A stretch of DNA of 64,000 bases from assembly GCA_000165425.1 (NCBI GenBank), contig CT868341.1, positions 62,001 through 126,000 of the forward strand. Direction: 5' to 3'. Position 1 is the stretch's first letter, and the number at the start of each line of letters is the position of its first letter. The DNA is from Paramecium tetraurelia (taxonomy: Eukaryota). Of the stretch, positions 14,082 through 28,203 are shown in pieces. The notes under the pieces were generated by a model. The model was not told the origin of the DNA. It was given only the letters and a program-made list of their open reading frames with translations, and did not search any database. The position numbers were made by a program, and so were the translations under genes.

Positions 14082-14897
14082 ATGCACTCAAACACCCATT
14101 CAAAAACAATATCAGATATCAGGATGATGGATCAAAAATCTGGTGTAACTTCACCTTAATATCTAAGTGCTAGAACAATTAGACCATCTCTATTTTTAAA
14201 TGAGGCTGATTTTCACCTTCCGTTAATATCTCCATAAAAAAGATAAGTTACTGATTATTAAATAATAAAATAAACTCTGCCCAAAAGTGAAGCTGTAAGT
14301 CCTGTGTTTAGGAGAACTTAAATTCAATAAGATTCCTAGGATCAATTTTTGTTTGTTTAAACAACCATCAGAAAACTAAAAAAATAAAAATTATATATCA
14401 AAGACAGTCATCGATCTCAGTAATTTTTGCCTCAAATTGAAGATCATAACGATAGAAATGTTCATTATTCTACACCTAAAAATAAAATTTCAACTCTGAG
14501 TAGTCTTCCAACTGATTCTCAAGTTTTACTCTCTCCTGTTTCGAAACAAAGCACTCCTATTGTAAACAAAGGTACTCCAATTCAAACGAATGATGATAGA
14601 AATTCCAAAGAATTCGATTTAACACAACCATCCCATCAATCGTCACTACCTGAACAATCTAGCTCATCAAGTAATCAGCATTAACCACCACATCATAAAA
14701 AAACAGTCTCTTTTCGTCAGTCCATATTTGTGATTGATATGAATAATGGTCAAGTTACCAAAGATTAGTTATCAGAAAATTCGAAACCATTATAGCATAT
14801 TTCAAAACCAGAAATTAAGGAAGAGTAGCACGATGAGGATAAAAGAATAAAATTTCGAAGAACAAGAAATTTTCATTTGAGTGACAAATTGGTCTGA
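14082..14897 (+). CDS. Hypothetical Ser/Gln-rich protein with RVxF-like motif
   Basis: Intronless 271-aa code-6 ORF containing RPSLFLNEAD and KKTVSFRQSIFVID. Confidence 0.7.
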
Positions 14898-15314
14898 TTT
14901 TAATGAACATTGTTATATTAAATTCATTAAAATTTTTATATTCAATTAATTAATAATTTTATTAACTTGCTCTATTGTAAGTTATTCGTTTTCCTATTTT
15001 CCAAATATAACACTTTGACATAGATTTCAATAAATTAATATCTTAAATTCATAATTTTGTTATATAAATTAATGATTGGAAATAGTTCTATGAGTAACTT
15101 TTTATAGAGTTTTGTACCAAAAATATTATTAACAATAAGCTATCCAAATATAAAAAATATGTCATAAACTATGTAATATTTTTATACTTATACTAAACAT
15201 TTATTTTTAAATAACTGTTGAATTTATTAAAAGAATCCTAAATATAATAAATATTTGTGAAGAGGGAAATATAAAAAAATAATTATTAATTTATTTAAAT
15301 TTGAATACAAATTA

Positions 15315-18300
15315 ATGAGGAAAGGAACCAAAAAATAAACTAAAAAACAATCACAATTGCAATCAATAGACGAATACAAATTAATCAATATTTTTGGTAT
15401 CAATCACGATATATATGTAGACATGATGGAAGACCCAGACATGAAATAGTTTTAAGTAATATTAAAATTAGAAGATCAATTACAAGAAAGTAGTTAGATT
15501 GTATTATTAAGCTTTCTTAATTTCTACTTGAAATTAGTTGGTTTAGATTAATGTAATCAATATTTAAAGGGAATGAATTTGGAGAAAATCAAATTAGAAG
15601 AAATCATTAACAAATTAGAACAACTATAAACAGAAAATCAATAAACTCTAATAGATGAGGAATAATGCCTAAAAGTAGAGAATAATAAAAAGCTTATCAA
15701 TTTTTTTGACACCTTATTCTCAACACAAACAGAATTGCCTTTCGAATGTGATCATTTCTTTTAGTACACCTTTAATTGGTTGGCAACATTGTCATAAACC
15801 AAATTCAGGACTGCAAGATTAGCAGCAATTGAAATTATTTCAATAATTACGACTTCCATACTTAATTGTTTAGAAATAAATGGTAACATTAAAATTTATC
15901 ATATTTCTAGAGAATAAAGACAAACAAAAAGAGATTCTGTAATTTATTAATAATATTTTTGAATACTTAGTTACAAATAGAACTCAGGATGTTTAATCTG
16001 CAATCAAAAAGAAATCAATACAAATCCTTTTTAGCGCTTTTTTAAATAATTCAATTCCAAATGATCCATACCATAATTAATTAGGCTATCTATTTTTAAG
16101 TGAAAATCACGAGTGTAGAGAAGCATCCATGATAGAGCTAGAAAAGATTTATAAGCATTTAGTAGAGAGAAAAAAATCATTAGAAACTGTTCTTGAATTT
16201 TTGAAGGGGGAATAAGAAGCAATTTTGAGTCTAATCTTTGATCCAAATGAAAGTGTTTAATTAAGATTGATCAATTTTTTAAAAGTAAAGAATTAAATCA
16301 ATATTTTTATAGGCATTATCTTAATCTACAAAAATTAATTCGAATTTCTTTGGTCCTAAAACTTGTTAGGCATTTATTCGAATACTATTTTCAAAAAATT
16401 TAAGAATTAGGTATGATTCAACTTCAATCTTGCATTTGTTTGAAAAGCCCATTAAATCAGTTGAAAAATTGGTTGAGTTTTATTTGAAATATGCTCCATT
16501 TGAACTATAAAGTTATGAGGAAAGTTTCAACTTTATTATCTCATTCATCCACAGTCACCCATTTGTTACTTCACCTGATTAATATGCAGCATTCTTTGAT
16601 AGCAATTAAGGAGAAATATTTTAGAGTTTAGGATTATATTTTTATGCATCCCTTTTGCAATATGAATTTAAATATACGAAATTTTGGTGGTTGGAAGAAT
16701 CTTATGGACCTCCTTAATATAATGATGCATTCACAAATTATCTTATTAGCAATACAAAAGTTTCATTAGATTTGATAGATGAAGTATATTATTAAAACTA
16801 TATCTATTGTAGAACTTATAGTTGCCATACTTACACATATTTGCGAATCTGAATTTTAAAATTATACAAAGTAAATTTATTAAGTCAATTCTTGGATGTA
16901 TATAGAAGATTTTTTAAAAGAGTTAGAATATTTAAGTTATCAATTAATTATGCAAAATGGTATATAATTGTAGTTAGGTGCTTTAAGATTCTGAGATGGT
17001 AAAGGAAAATGTGAAAGAAATAATTAAATACTCTTAAAAGATATTTAAGGAGAAATTAACACTAATTACAATTCAGAAGATTGAATGTTTAATTAAAAAC
17101 AATTTGGCGAATGCAAAGATGATTTTGAATCCCTTTAATTAGATTTTTGAAATCAAAGAAGACAAGAGTATAGTAATTGTAGCTAACTTACTTGCATCAA
17201 GTTTATAAAATTACTTAAAAGTTTTATTAAATCAAATGAAGAATTAAGACATTGAGACTGAAAGTGATTACAAGGAGATACGCGAATCCTTTTATAACTA
17301 TTGTTTTTCAATTTTAGAAAATAGAAACAAAGAGAGATTTCATCTCTAAATTTTCCAATTAGTTATTACTAATTTGATCTATACAAATAATTTTAAATTA
17401 TAACGCTTAGGCTTACATCAAGAAATTCAAACGTAAACCTATTCTTTGCTCTATATATATTTGCATGAATTTCTTTTTACAGAATTAATTAGACAGTCCA
17501 ACAGGGAGGAAGACAATGTGAATGAAATAAAAAGAAGAACCACACATTCTATGATAGAGAACTTACCTTAGTTGAGTGTTCAATAAATGGAATTGCTTAA
17601 TAATTCTATCAAATTAATTAACTAATGCCCTTCGATTTTATTGAATAAAGAATTTGGAATTCAGTATTTAGCCTAAATACTGGAATTAATGAAAAATCAC
17701 ACGTACATTAGAGATTTAAAAATATCAATTACTTAAGCTCTTTCATAATCATTATAGAAGGTTATTGAGAATGATCAAGTATCAAGAAGGGATGAATTTT
17801 GGAAATTTATGAAAATCTATTCATAACACAAATAATAATCGTAATCAGATGATTTGTTCAATGAGTTTGTTAAGTTGTGTATCAACACCTATTTAGCATC
17901 AGTAAATAAGTTGAATGTATTTGAGAAGAGAATGAAATTTATTAATAATTGCGCAGAAATGATACAAGCAGGATTTTAAGATATTGATAATTTGCATCTA
18001 TTTGGATTGTTGAATTTCATATTTCACAAACCTTCAAAACTCTTAAAGGTTTTGTAGATAGATAAAATAACTTATCAAAAGTTTTATGCATTTTATGAAT
18101 CTAAAAGTTAAGAATTTCATTAAAGTAATAGACCTGAAGATTTTAAGAAAGAAGCAACGAAACAGGAATATTCATTTAGAAATAAATTAAAATAGTCAAG
18201 TGGTTTAACAAAGAAGGATGTCAATAAAATGGTGAATTAAGCTTAGAAAAGTGGTTAGAAGGAGAGTGGAGATAAAACAAGTGATAAATTGAGCATAGAA

Positions 18301-18408
18301 AAAGGAATAAAAAATAATGAAAAAGAGAAAAAATAATAGTAATAATAATAAGATTCTGATAATGATGAAGAAATGGAAATTCCTTTTTCAAAATCTATGA
18401 TTAAATGA
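15315..18408 (+). CDS. SCC3: Cohesin subunit Scc3/STAG (stromalin) homolog
   Basis: STAG/SCD-like motifs WLATLSQTKFRTARLAA, LVTNRTQDVQSAIK and LGYLFLSENHECREASMIELEKIY. About 1000 aa, helical, with an acidic tail. Confidence 0.75.
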
Positions 18409-19185
18409 TTAATTAATGTTTACTCAAGTAGGATTCAATATAATTGAGAATTTTTATGCTTTAATTTATCATTTTCTCCTTGTTTAATGTTTTTCAAATA
18501 TATTGTGTTTATAATTGTATTTGCATTACTTAATTAACAAATTTCAATTATAATATCTATATATAATACTAATTCCTTGTTCTTGAGAATCGTTCATCTC
18601 TATTAAGAATACCTAAAACCATAATATTGTATCAGATGTAGTATTTCCTCATTAAAAGAATAATAGCTCTAAATTTTAGATCTATGTCTGCATTTATTAC
18701 TTCAATAAGGTTGTTAATATAAATTCAAATGCGCTATCCTAACTTAATCCACTCTGATGTTGAAACTGATGAATTTCTAATTACTTAAAACATCTCATTT
18801 ATTTAGTATAAATTATTAATGTAAAAAGAATCAACATTTTCCCTTTATGTAGTTAAATGACAAATTAACATTGAACAATACCTATTCAATTTCAAAGGAT
18901 TATTAAAGAGTCATAAAGGGATGTATTATTGGTTAATAGAGTAAGGTTTGAAATTTCTTAGCTAATTAATAATAGTATATACAAAGCTTGATATTCATAA
19001 AATAAGCGAATAAGTAGTACAAAGATCTACTTATTCTAATTGTTATTTTAAGGTATATAAAACCCAAGTGATTTAAATTCATAAGACAAACTCATGATTT
19101 ATTTAGGAATTTCAGAAGATATTTCATAGATTTAATATAAAATATTAAATCTATACAGTATTCACTTTAATAATGTGTGATAATT

Positions 19186-20405
19186 TCAATTATCTGATCT
19201 GACTCTTCTTCCTTCGACCCATTCAGCTTCAACTTCTCTGGATTCTCTATCAACCAAGATTCCTCTTCCATGTTGTTTTCCATCCTTCCAATATCCTTTA
19301 TATTGTTTGCCATCAGACCATTTGAAGATTCCATAGCCTTCCTTTTTGTCTTCAACATAATCCCCTGAAAAAATAAGTAAAACTAATACCGCTATATTAC
19401 TTTCCATCGGGCCAGTTAAAGTCTCCTTTACCGTGCATTTTATTATTTAACCATTATCCTTTATACCTTCTTCCATCAGCCCACACATACTCTCCAAAGC
19501 CTGAATTGTTAGATAGAGTAATTACCTTCAATATTATTATCTCGAAAATCGCCTTCATAAGTTGCGCCATCACTCCATTTGAATTTACCTTTTCCATCCT
19601 TCTTTCCATTCACATAACTTCCTACATATTGAGCACCATCTGGCCACATTTCAGTTCCCTTCCCATGTTATTAATCTTCCAACCAATCTCCTTCATATTT
19701 TGCTCCGTCAACATGATAATAAGTTCCTTGTCCCTAGGCTCTGTCATCGACCCAATCTCCATCCTAAGGGATTACTCACTCAGTTACATAAGCATCTCCG
19801 TCTGCATGAATCAACCGTCCTTTTCCATTGGCTGTGTGAGAACTCCAAAATCCTTCATAAACGGATCCATCTGGCCAATACTGCTTACCTTTGCCCCATC
19901 TTTAGTGGTTTTTCCATTGTCCCACATATATAGCCCCATTCTCAAATTGCTAGAGTTATCATATGATAATTTACATATGGTCCTAACTCAATACAATCAT
20001 GAAAGCGTGATACGGATGTTTCGTCATAATGATAATTTCCGAGTTTTTCCAGAGTTTTGCGAACCTAATCATTCTCGATAAAAGGATCCTTATCATATTA
20101 TTTAGCATCTTCAGGGTTTGGGCCGTGAGACCAAATCTGTTACCTTTATTATTCTCTTAAAGCCTGAATATGTTGAATTATTATACATCATCTGGAGGAT
20201 TCGCACTTAATGGTGGCTCTTAGATCTGAACATTTTAGGATTCTTGAGGTTTAACGGGGTCTTTCTCTATGTTATCTGCTCTTCCTTCTATTGGCTTCAC
20301 TGTTTCCAAATGATCCTTCCCTTTAACTTGTACCTCGTATTGAATAGGAGCGTTAGTAAGAATCTCTTAGGTTTAGGGTGTTCCCGTGCAACAAGTAGCT
20401 CCCAT
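19186..20405 (-). CDS. N-acylated MORN-repeat protein
   Basis: MGATCC start and many YxGxWxxGxxHGxG MORN repeats (e.g. [14 protein letters not shown]); tiny introns. Confidence 0.92.
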
Positions 20406-20837
20406 AGGTTAAATATTTTTTAATAATATTAATATATCGAAATAGGAAACTCTATCCTTAAATAGTTATTCTGAGATGTCATCATTAGGCGTGAAAGAAA
20501 GTTGCAATAGATTCAAAAGAACCAATCCCTTATATTCCTATTTACATCATTCATACGAGCATAAACAATTTAATTATCCAATATATAGGTGAACATTTCT
20601 GAGCAAGCTTTGGACAGTCATAATTAACTTACATATGAATTTAAAAGTAAGAATTTACAGACATTTTAATGTGTTTATAGATTTATTCAAATTATTAAAT
20701 ATTTATAACCTAAATCATTTCTATAAATGTTTTAGTTCAATAAAATCCTTTAAAAAAATCATATTCTATTTCAATAAATATTTAAACATTCTATCATTGA
20801 AGCATAAACTTATATATATATAAATATAAAAATGAAA

Positions 20838-22552
20838 TCATTAGAGCAAATGATTAACAAATGATTTGATCGATGTCAGCTTTTTTGCAAGTTAGGCTAG
20901 TAACTCTCTTTTTATGGACAAATTTATAAATAATTGATCATTCAGTTTGATCGCCTCCATTATTCCAAAGCTAATAAAATATAGATAAAGAAATACATTT
21001 ACATTTAATTTTCATTTGGATTACTTAAAATGAACTAAATGTACTTCGCAAACCAATAAGGGGGAATTTTTTTGTTTTTCAAATAATTTAACATTTACTC
21101 AATTTCTTCTTTAATATACACCTCAAAGTACTCGCTCTCCTACTATAGAAAACTCTAATATTCCTTTAACAGAAATCTAAAGGTATCCTTGAAATTTTCG
21201 ATATTCTCAATTATGTATGGAAGTAAACTATTAACCTAATGTTATAGAGAATTCTATGAGAAGTATATCTAAAATTCTTTTGACAGCAACTCATTTTACT
21301 GGTAAGGACTTAATTTGGGGAATTATTCAAATGCCAAATTCGTGATAAAATCTCTATCAAATTGAAAATCAGTCAGGTAATTTAGAAGAGACCTTAGAGA
21401 GTCTCCTTAGGACTGAATTATATTTTGGCAAACTGTAGAAATAAAATATTGAAACGCCTTCTGTCGATTCAAAATACTTAAGAGTTGAATCAAGTATTAT
21501 AATTTTGTGTTTCGATCTATGAATTCTTATTCAATCAATTCTACAATCTCCTTTATCAAATCCAACAAATGGAATTCATTGTCTAAGTCGACATCCAATA
21601 AATCTGAAATCATTAGTGCTATGTTGAAGTAACATACGGATCTCAGAGCTGCCTACTTCAGATCATTAGTTTTTGCTTGCAGTGTGATAAGGGAGTCCCT
21701 AATGAGTTATGTGAATTGGAATATATTGTTCTTTGATGTAATATATTTTATGATTTCGATGATGAATTTCTTACCAATTCTATCTATCTCGTCATTCATG
21801 TAACCACAATTCAGTTCATAAAATTTGGGCTGCTAGATGAACGGCTTATTGATGCCGAAATTGATGCATTTTATCATTTTGGGATAGATTTCATTATGTT
21901 TACTCATGACTTTATAAAATAGTTCCGCTCTGACATTCAACCATAAGTCTTCATTGAATTAAGAAATGCCACTTTACCATTCTACACTTTAGCAGGTTGC
22001 CCATAAATATAATTTATTATTATCATAAGGGGCTCTTTATGTGGCTTTTTAAAGCAACTCAAGAGTGAGGACCCAATTCTCATTTTGGTATTTTGATAAC
22101 TCCATGAAGTCAAATAATTTCTCTCCTGATCCAAAAGGCTTCAAAGAATTTAGAATGCATTCTTCTTCATCACTTAAATATTGATACACTTCATTGTAAT
22201 TCTTAGATAAAATATGACTCCATGCTTTATCTTATGGTGACATTGAGTCTCTGATTGGTTATTTTTCAATGCTGTCATGCGCCCATTTGCAAATTTTGTA
22301 GAGAGTGTCATGTTCTGAGATTAGATCACTGATAAATTGTGAGTCTGTGTATTAAGTTACAACTAAATTATGTTCACTGTCATAATCATGGTGAATTTTG
22401 CAGTAAGTGCAGCACTTTAAAAATGGCGAATCGTTACCCCTGATTTTAGTCAGTTTTTAAATGTGTTCAAAGTCACTCAATAATTGATCAAGCTAATAAT
22501 TCACAATTTCACTTGAATAATTATTTTCTTGATGTATGTGACTAAGGCTCAT
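20838..22552 (-). CDS. Alpha-solenoid protein, possibly a divergent Nup107/Nup84 nucleoporin
   Basis: Long code-6 ORF. Trp-anchored motifs (LYKICKWAHD, NKLYLWATC, FNEDLWLNVRA) and C-terminal LYKFVHKRELLAQLAKKL resemble Nup107 from memory only. Confidence 0.45.
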
Positions 22553-23014
22553 TAAATTATTTTAAATTAATCAAAAATATTTTAGTTAAAAAAGGAAAAT
22601 AAACTTATAATAAATTAAAAATATATAAAGCCTTAGTTATACTAATATGAGAATTCTAAATATGAAGTAGAATATAAGAAAGTTATATATATATATATAT
22701 ATTTATAATAATCATTTTCATTTATGTTTAAAGATCAATTATTCAATATTTCTCTATTTAACTTTCTAAAAATATTAAAAAACGATTACAATTATTAATA
22801 AGATCATGAAAATCTGTAATTTATGAATTCTCTGCTGGAAGATTAATAGATATGTTTAAATATTACATATAATTATAAGATGAAAATGTTTAACATAATC
22901 GTAAGATATAAAGCTTTTTAATTTTCAAAGGGTTATGAAAAATGATTATATGTATAAACATAGAAAAACATTTGGAATTATGCGTTTAAAATGATAATTG
23001 ATAAAATTAAATTT

Positions 23015-24382
23015 ATGAAATAATCATAATAATCTTTAAAAGGCATTCCCAACATTAGAACCCAATACTATTTATCCTCTTCCTTAGTAGGTTCTCAAAA
23101 TCCTCAAAAAATCAATAAAGGAAAATCAACTTATATTGATGATACTAACAAGAGTATATAATATTTTGTATAATGAAGCAAAGGAAACTAATTGTTAAAT
23201 AAATGAAAAGAGTAAATCACAAAGCATAATAACCTATAAGAAAATAAATGTTAGCAGAGATAATCACAAATCTGATGATTCACAAATGCTGCCTTAATTT
23301 AAGAAGGACATATTAAAATCAAGATAGTCTCAACAGGTTATCCAAAAGACAAAGCAGTAATAAAGATCTGACTCTCCCTTGATTCCTATAGATAGTTTAC
23401 CTCACATTGAGCCATCAAAAATTTCAACCAAAAATGTAGGTATAGTTTCTGCCTATGCTGCCAATACCCATTAAGGATTAATTAGAACCTACAATGAGGA
23501 TAGAGTATCAATAATACTTAATCTGATGAAACCTGCTTCGAATACATTTGCAGGATAATGGCCTTAGAGTTCATTTTTTGCCATTTACGATGGTCACGGT
23601 GGAGCTGCCTGTGCTGACTATATGAGAGACAATTTGCATTAATATGTATCTTCGCAATTTGATGTAGATAATAAGGGAAGATTGTTTTCCATCAAACCCA
23701 AGATTGGCTATTTCGAGGGGAATAGAAAAAGCTGAAAAAAACTACCTTTAACTAGCAGATCAAAAAGTATTAGATAAATCTGGTTCTTGTGCTGTTATAG
23801 CCTTGATTGTTGATAAAGCCATTTATATTGCCAATATTGGAGACTCTCGCGCAATACTTTCTCATTAGGGCAAATGCTCATCCATCACAGTTGATCATAA
23901 ACCTTCCTCAGAAAACGAGTAACAAAGAATTACGAAGCTTGGTGGATAAATCTATTAGGCTTAGATTTAAGTTTCAAGTGGAGATGTTTAATTTGGCCCC
24001 TATAGAGTGTTACCAGGTAGACTAGCGGTTTCAAGGACTTTAGGTGATGCAGAAGCCAAATTACCAAAGTATGGTGGAATTCAAGGAGTAATCTCAGCTC
24101 AGCCTGATATATTTCAAATCACAGTTACTGATCAAGATTTCCTGATTTTAGCTTGTAATTTTAATTGTAGATCAAGGTGATGGCATTTTTGATAAAATGA
24201 ATAGTGAAGAAGTCATCTCAAGTGCTTGGACTGTGATCTCGAATGATGTTCATCATTTTGCTGGAAAAGCTGTTGAAAATATCATGAGATAATCCATGTC
24301 AAGAAAAACAGTTGATAATGTTACTGTTGTATTGATAGCCTTTCCATAATTAGAAAAAAAGTTTAAATAACAATAATAATGA
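23015..24382 (+). CDS. Protein phosphatase 2C (PPM family)
   Basis: RTYNEDR, FFAIYDGHGG, SGSCA, ANIGDSRA, DHKP, GRLAVSRTLGD, ILAC/DGIFD and DNVTVV motifs. Confidence 0.95.
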
Positions 24383-25504
24383 TTCTTTTTATTATGCAGT
24401 TATTGCAATAGTTTTATTTGTTTTTATTATGAGTTAAAATATAAAGTAGTAACGCTATTTCAAATTTGAATATAACTCAATATTAAACTGTAATCTTCAA
24501 AAGTATATAATTAAGATAATAGCTTATATAATAAGTTACAGAATGAAAATATTGAAAAATGTCTTCATAATAACTCTCTTTTACTAAAGGATTGGTTCTT
24601 AATTATGTTATTTGACTAATTAATGAAGTTAATCAAAAAAATTGTATACCTTTGCACTAGAAATCCACGATATTATTATATTTTCAGAGATTAAATCTTG
24701 TTCTAATTAATAATAAAATCAAATTAAAAATTACCATTATAATTCGAAATTTATTTTGTTAGAAATAAAATAAAATTAATTGAATAAAAAGCCAATTTTT
24801 ATATAATAATAATATAATTTTTTAGATATTATTTATACTAAATTTGTTGTATTAATTTTAAACTTAAAAATACTATAATATGCCCAGCTTTTAAAAAACC
24901 ACTCTAATAATTTCTGATCATATCAGATATTTAAATTGAATAAATTAATTATTCAAGAATGATATTTTAACAATTTATCAATAATTGTTATTAAGATGTT
25001 TTTCATTAAAATATTTAGTTGTTGTTTTAAGCAAAAATTAAATCAAACTTTTGAATCCACAAATTTAGTAAAAACATTTTAGTATTAATTTGGAAAATCT
25101 CCTATTAACTCTTTCTTTTAAAATGAATATAATAATAATAAATGTTGTTTTAAAAAATATGTAAACTTAAAATACATCCAATTTGTTTTATCAATTACTC
25201 TATGTGCAATTCTAAGCAGAGTAGAAATAATTTGTAATAATGACAATTAGTTTACTATAATAATAAAGTTATTTAAAAATTGTATTGATAGATTGCTTTT
25301 AGTTGTAAATACATAGAAGTGAAATATTAATTCGATATATAAGGTATTTAAAATTTTGCTAAACTTATTGATATTACATCCTCATCAGGTTGTTGAATTT
25401 TCAGTAACGATTAATTGTGAATAAATTGAGATATTCTCGAATATGTGGAGAAGGAATCAGAATCATAAGGGGATGTATAATTAAGATAATAATAATAATA
25501 CAGA

Positions 25505-25831
25505 TCAATTTATATCTGGAAAGAATGTTTACGATTTAAATTTAAGGATTAGATTGTTATTACTAAATAAATTTTTTAAGGATTTAGTGCTTCTGCTATA
25601 TTTTTTACTCGACAATAGTTGCTAATTTTTTTTTTCATAATATTCTCTGATATCTATCACATATTTATGAAAATTGGTCGTATTGATCCGCTTCACTTCT
25701 TATGGTTTCATAGATTCAAAGAATCTCTATCTAGTAACTAGCATTTAATGTTGAAGTTCTTTCTTTTTCTTAAAATCCCAATCGCTAGAACTCCAATATC
25801 TAAGATGAAGATGATTATTTTATTATGCCAT
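25505..25831 (-). CDS. Small hypothetical protein
   Basis: 108-aa code-6 ORF (MAQQNNHLHLRYWSSSDWDF...) starting 43 bp after the ALKBH8 stop. Confidence 0.4.
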
Positions 25832-25874
25832 TTTATATTTTATTAATAATAATATTAAAATGAATATGCAATTT

Positions 25875-27876
25875 TCAATCTTTTTATAACACAACCACCC
25901 AATTAGCATGGTCATAATTATTATTTACTATCTTAAAGCCTGGCATTTCTGACAATAGTTCCTCTATCTCGCCTTGCTTAAACACATGATAATATCGTTT
26001 ATACACAACGGTCTTTTTTTGATCGTCAATTTTGAATTGTTATTACACTAGCAATATTAAATGATTATGATACCTTCCTAATTGATGACTTTCTCATCCT
26101 CATATTTAAATTGCAAATTCCAAGGCACGAAGACATCTTGTTCATTAAAGGTCTTCTCCTCTTATTCCATAGCCCAAACATATATTAATATTAGTCCTTT
26201 GGATCTGCAAATCCTTAGCAACTCTCTGATTGCTTATTATCTAAGAATTCTATAGAGTTAAATGAGAATTATTACTTATTTGAGAAATGATGAATGACTG
26301 CAATTGAGATTACTGCATCAAACATTTCAGATTTTAAGGGTAATCTCAGAGAATCAGCACTAAACACTTAATAAGCTTCAGATTTCTCTTTACAGATTTT
26401 CAATAGATTTTCACTTCTATCAGTACCAATCATTGAAATATCTGGATTTGAGCCTAAATATTTGCCATTTCCACACCCGACATCAGCGACAAGAGATCCA
26501 GGTTCTAGGGATTTGAGGAATTGTTCGATCTTAGGCCAAGGCTTATATCTAGTTGAACTGAAATGAGGTGCAATTTTCTCATAAATTTCATAGACATATT
26601 TCTTTTCTACTTCTGTAGCTTTAGGTATTTGTAATAATTGTTATTGTTAATCTTCGAGTAATTAGATTTCTTCTTGAGTTTTATTGGGAACAACTTTATT
26701 GTCCTACACAATTCCATTTTAATTCTATTTTGCTAAATATTCTTGCAACAAAGGGTTTTTGTTCTTCATTGTCTCTGGATTGAATCCCTAAGATTCACAA
26801 AAGAATTTATATTAACAATCACATTTCAAATCATTCCTAATTGTTCTAAAAGTCAAACTTAATCTTCTTGATCTAAAGTGGGTTTCGCCTTCTATTTTAT
26901 CGATTTTCCTTGAGGCAATGGAGTGGAACCAAGCAAATCTAACTTCTCCAGTAAAAAAAGCACAAGATCTAGGAGGGAGATATAAATGTTGTTCTTCTCC
27001 TTTGTAGGATTTAAAGGACATTACCAAACCGCTGAGCAAACTGATAGAAACAAATTTTTCATGAAATGGAGGATGAACATCAAAATGAGGTGGAATGCCC
27101 ATGCCTGGCAAATACTCATTAATTGTAAGTTGATTTATTTCTGCCTGAGGTTTCACTAGATCAGACACTTTGGCTCTGACATCCTCAAGAAAAGCAGGTA
27201 TTTTCTTTTCTGCAGGTTAATCGACATTGACTGTATTATCTCCGTATATGAATTCATAGCCATAATGTTGAACTCTTCTTTATTTCAATTTTGACCACTC
27301 TTGCTTATCTATTAGATCCATAATGTATTTTTCATATTCTGGTGTTATAAAATCGTGAATTAAATACAGTCCTGGGACATTGACTTGTCTCATGGCATTT
27401 GGGATATCACACATTCCTCCTCCAGTCAAATCTTGTTAGTTTGTATAAAAGAACATGGTGGCTCTCTCTTTATTTGGATACTTGAGATTTGCGTATTTGA
27501 TATTCTCAAATATTTATAAAGACTAAGGGTTAGATGAGTCATACTTGTATTAATTGTTAACTCTATAGGATGGTTTAGAATTCAATAAATGCATAATTCC
27601 TTACAGGGTAGATCATTACTTTGTTCTATCCGAACTGTTTAACAAAATCGCAGATGGTATTATAATCATCTTAATCGCCAACTCCAAAATGAACTGCAAT
27701 CAATTTATTTGTTGGTTCTTATGAGACTAATTCATCAAATGGTTTCTTCTCTGATTTAGTAAGGGCCTTAAATAACCAAATACCTGTACTCCTATAGCTA
27801 TGGCTAATTTCTTATTCAATTTGATTGTTGGATTGCGTACTTTCTCTCTTGCCTCGATGGCTATATCTAAGTCCAT
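25875..27876 (-). CDS. ALKBH8: ALKBH8/Trm9-type tRNA wobble-uridine modifying enzyme (RRM-like + AlkB dioxygenase + SAM methyltransferase)
   Basis: [29 protein letters not shown] and RRLSLTFR (AlkB domain); [33 protein letters not shown] and [10 protein letters not shown] (Trm9 domain). Confidence 0.93.
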
Positions 27877-28203
27877 TAATATTTTTATAAAATTATCTAA
27901 ATAATTTATTTACTAATTCTTTCATTAGTCAAGAATTAAAACTAAATTAATTCTTTTGTAAAACAATTTCAATTTCATAAATCAATTCTACTTCCTCAAT
28001 CATTTTTTCATTAAAAATGTTTGCAATTCACATTATATAATTACTAATTAAATGAAAATAACACACGTATAAATAATCTCTTATTTCTCTTTATTATGTA
28101 AATATCTCTTATATATTTATTAAATAAAGAAAGGATAGCTTATTAAGAATCATAAATTATTAGTTATGTGGATATGAATTATTAATAATAAATGAAATCT
28201 GTA

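Noticed and set aside
19506..20081. 191-aa plus-strand ORF in the track
   Set aside because: It is the antisense shadow of the MORN-repeat gene.
22684..22702. (TA)n run, also at ~6068
   Set aside because: Short microsatellite expected in AT-rich DNA; no array or terminal-repeat structure.
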